NCBI GenBank assembly: GCA_030141605.1
Contig: JAQGDQ010002220.1
Span: 1 to 8,074, forward strand
Length of the DNA: 8,074 bases
Reading direction: 5' to 3'
Source: Tubiluchus corallicola
Lineage: Eukaryota; Animalia; Priapulida
Shown here one piece after another: positions 6,511 through 8,074 of the stretch (the stretch's first letter is position 1; each line of letters starts with the position of its first letter). A program made the position numbers and the translations under genes. The notes beneath the pieces are model-generated. The model ran no database searches. It had not been told where the DNA came from and saw nothing but the letters and a program-made list of their open reading frames with translations.

Positions 6511-7987
6511 TCTCTTATATTAATATTCTTGGTATATATATATATATATTTATTTATATATAAGATTCGAGGCTACAGCCCGGACGAGGGCACCATTTGC
6601 GGCGATCTATATATCAAACGAAAGGTCTCGATCTAGTGTCGTGCCATTGATGATTTATTTTTCGAATCGGGCCCACCGGGAGAAGGGGGAGGCAAAAAAC
6701 CTCCAAAAATGGCCATTTTTCGGCCGTTTTTTGCAAAAGTTATACGGTTGAGATGTAGAGAACGGGAACGGGCCGAGATGGGTGCTGGGTATGGATAGAT
6801 AGCCCGTTCAGCGATGGGTGTCATAGGCCTATTTAGAATTCCCGAGAGGACCACGGCGCCCCGCAACGGGCGTTTTTCCGGACCCAACTCGCGATTTTTT
6901 CGAAATTTTGACCAAACAGCATGCGGGAAAAACGTTTTAGCGGCGCCCGGTGGGACTCTGGGAAGGAGATATATAGCTCTTTACAAAGAGGAAGGACAGG
7001 GCTACACGATGATGTGGGCTATATGTTAGGGCAGGTCCACCGAGAGGAGTATCAACGAGTTAGTTAGGAGTTCTATTTTCGGCAATTTTCGCTTAGAAAA
7101 CTGCTGACGCAAAACCATTGTTATGACGTCATCCATTGTACTCTGCTGTAATCTTATAACTTTAATTCAGCAAAACGCTGCCTGCTACGGGTTTGCGTTA
7201 GTTAAACAAACAGTAGGCATGATGTTACGGGCTTTGTGTTATAAATGAGGACTAGGTAGGATGTTCGCGTATTATTGATTACACGTGTATTTATACGCAA
7301 AATCTTTTGCGGGGCCTTTGCTATTTATTATATTATAGCACATAGTTTCAACTTTGTGAAAAATGTTTGGAATGGTTTTGTTGTAATGCTGTGCTTTTGG
7401 TGCTTGTGCTGTAGGTGTCGTCATCGTTGCCACCATCATCATCATCAACATCATGATCACCACGTGAGGTGGTGGATTTGATGTGGTGTGGTGGTGGTGT
7501 GCTTTGTGTGTTGTGCTATGGATGGTGTGGTGGGGTGATGGGGTGTGGTATGGAGTGGGTGGCGTGGTGTGTGGGTGGGTGTTGTGGTGCAGTGTGGTGT
7601 TATGGTGTGGTGCAGTGCAGTGTGATGTGGTGGAGTATTATGGCGTGGGTGGTGTGGTGTGTGGGTGGTGCAGTATGGTGTGGTGCAGTGCGGTGTGATG
7701 TGGTGGAGTGGTATGGTGTGGGTGGTGTGGTGTGGTGTGTGGGTGGTGAAGTGGTGTGGTGGAGTGGTATGGTGTGGGTGGTGTGGTGTGTAGGTGGTAT
7801 GGTGTGGTGCGGTGTGGTGTGATGTGGTGGAGTGGTATGGTGTGGGTGGTGTGGTATGTAGGTGGGTGGGTGGTGTGGTGCAGTGTGGTGTTATGGTGTG
7901 GTGCTGTGCGGTGTGATGTGGTGGAGTGGTGTGGTGTGGGTTGTGTGTTGATTTGTGCACAAAATTCTTTTTGTGGGGTTTGGCTAT
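6511..7987 (+). mobile_element. U5: putative non-autonomous Helitron, long form (~1477 bp)
   Basis: Starts TCTCTTATATTAATATTCTTGG immediately after the U4 CTAG. The distal hairpin is at 7958..7975. The terminus reads CTAT (7984..7987) and merges into (TTA)n. Confidence 0.75.
7482..7947 (+). repeat. Degenerate (TGTGG)n satellite, ~466 bp
   Basis: Same motif set and same flanks as in U1. Confidence 0.95.
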
Positions 7988-7989
7988 TA

Positions 7990-8074
<85 letters not shown>
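7987..8074. repeat. (TTA)n microsatellite, at least ~88 bp, running off the window
   Basis: Read directly; one interruption near 7993. Confidence 0.97.

Larger units (their letters stand above)
887..7987 (+). repeat. Head-to-tail tandem array of five diverged 0.8-1.8 kb units
   Basis: The landmark TAAGATTCGAGGCTACAGC recurs at ~901, 2743, 4136, 4921 and 6561. The ORF track shows the same translations recurring in each unit. Confidence 0.97.

Noticed and set aside
887-7987. CRISPR array or prokaryotic repeat system
   Set aside because: There are no constant short repeats with unique spacers and no cas or other genes. The microsatellite content indicates eukaryotic repeat DNA.

Overview
This window is entirely repetitive, eukaryote-like DNA with no credible protein-coding gene. 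It holds six diverged copies of one element. U0 (1..884, minus strand, cut by the window edge) sits head-to-head with five head-to-tail plus-strand copies: U1 ~887..2690, U2 2691..4072, U3 4097..4887, U4 4888..6510 and U5 6511..~7987. A (TTA)n run follows U5. The termini fit a non-autonomous Helitron (rolling-circle transposon): 5' TC, a 16-18 nt subterminal hairpin, 3' CTAG, A|T insertion context, no TIRs or TSDs, and no Rep/helicase ORF. The element has two homologous 3' ends in series. U3 stops at the first hairpin+CTAG. In the other copies that end reads CTAT/TTAT and the unit runs on through a (CAT)n tract and a variable-length TGTGG satellite; U1, U2 and U4 end at a second hairpin+CTAG, U5 at the same hairpin+CTAT, and U0 is cut off. 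This looks like a captured snapshot of Helitron 3'-end bypass. The Helitron call rests on terminal structure read by eye, not on a database match.
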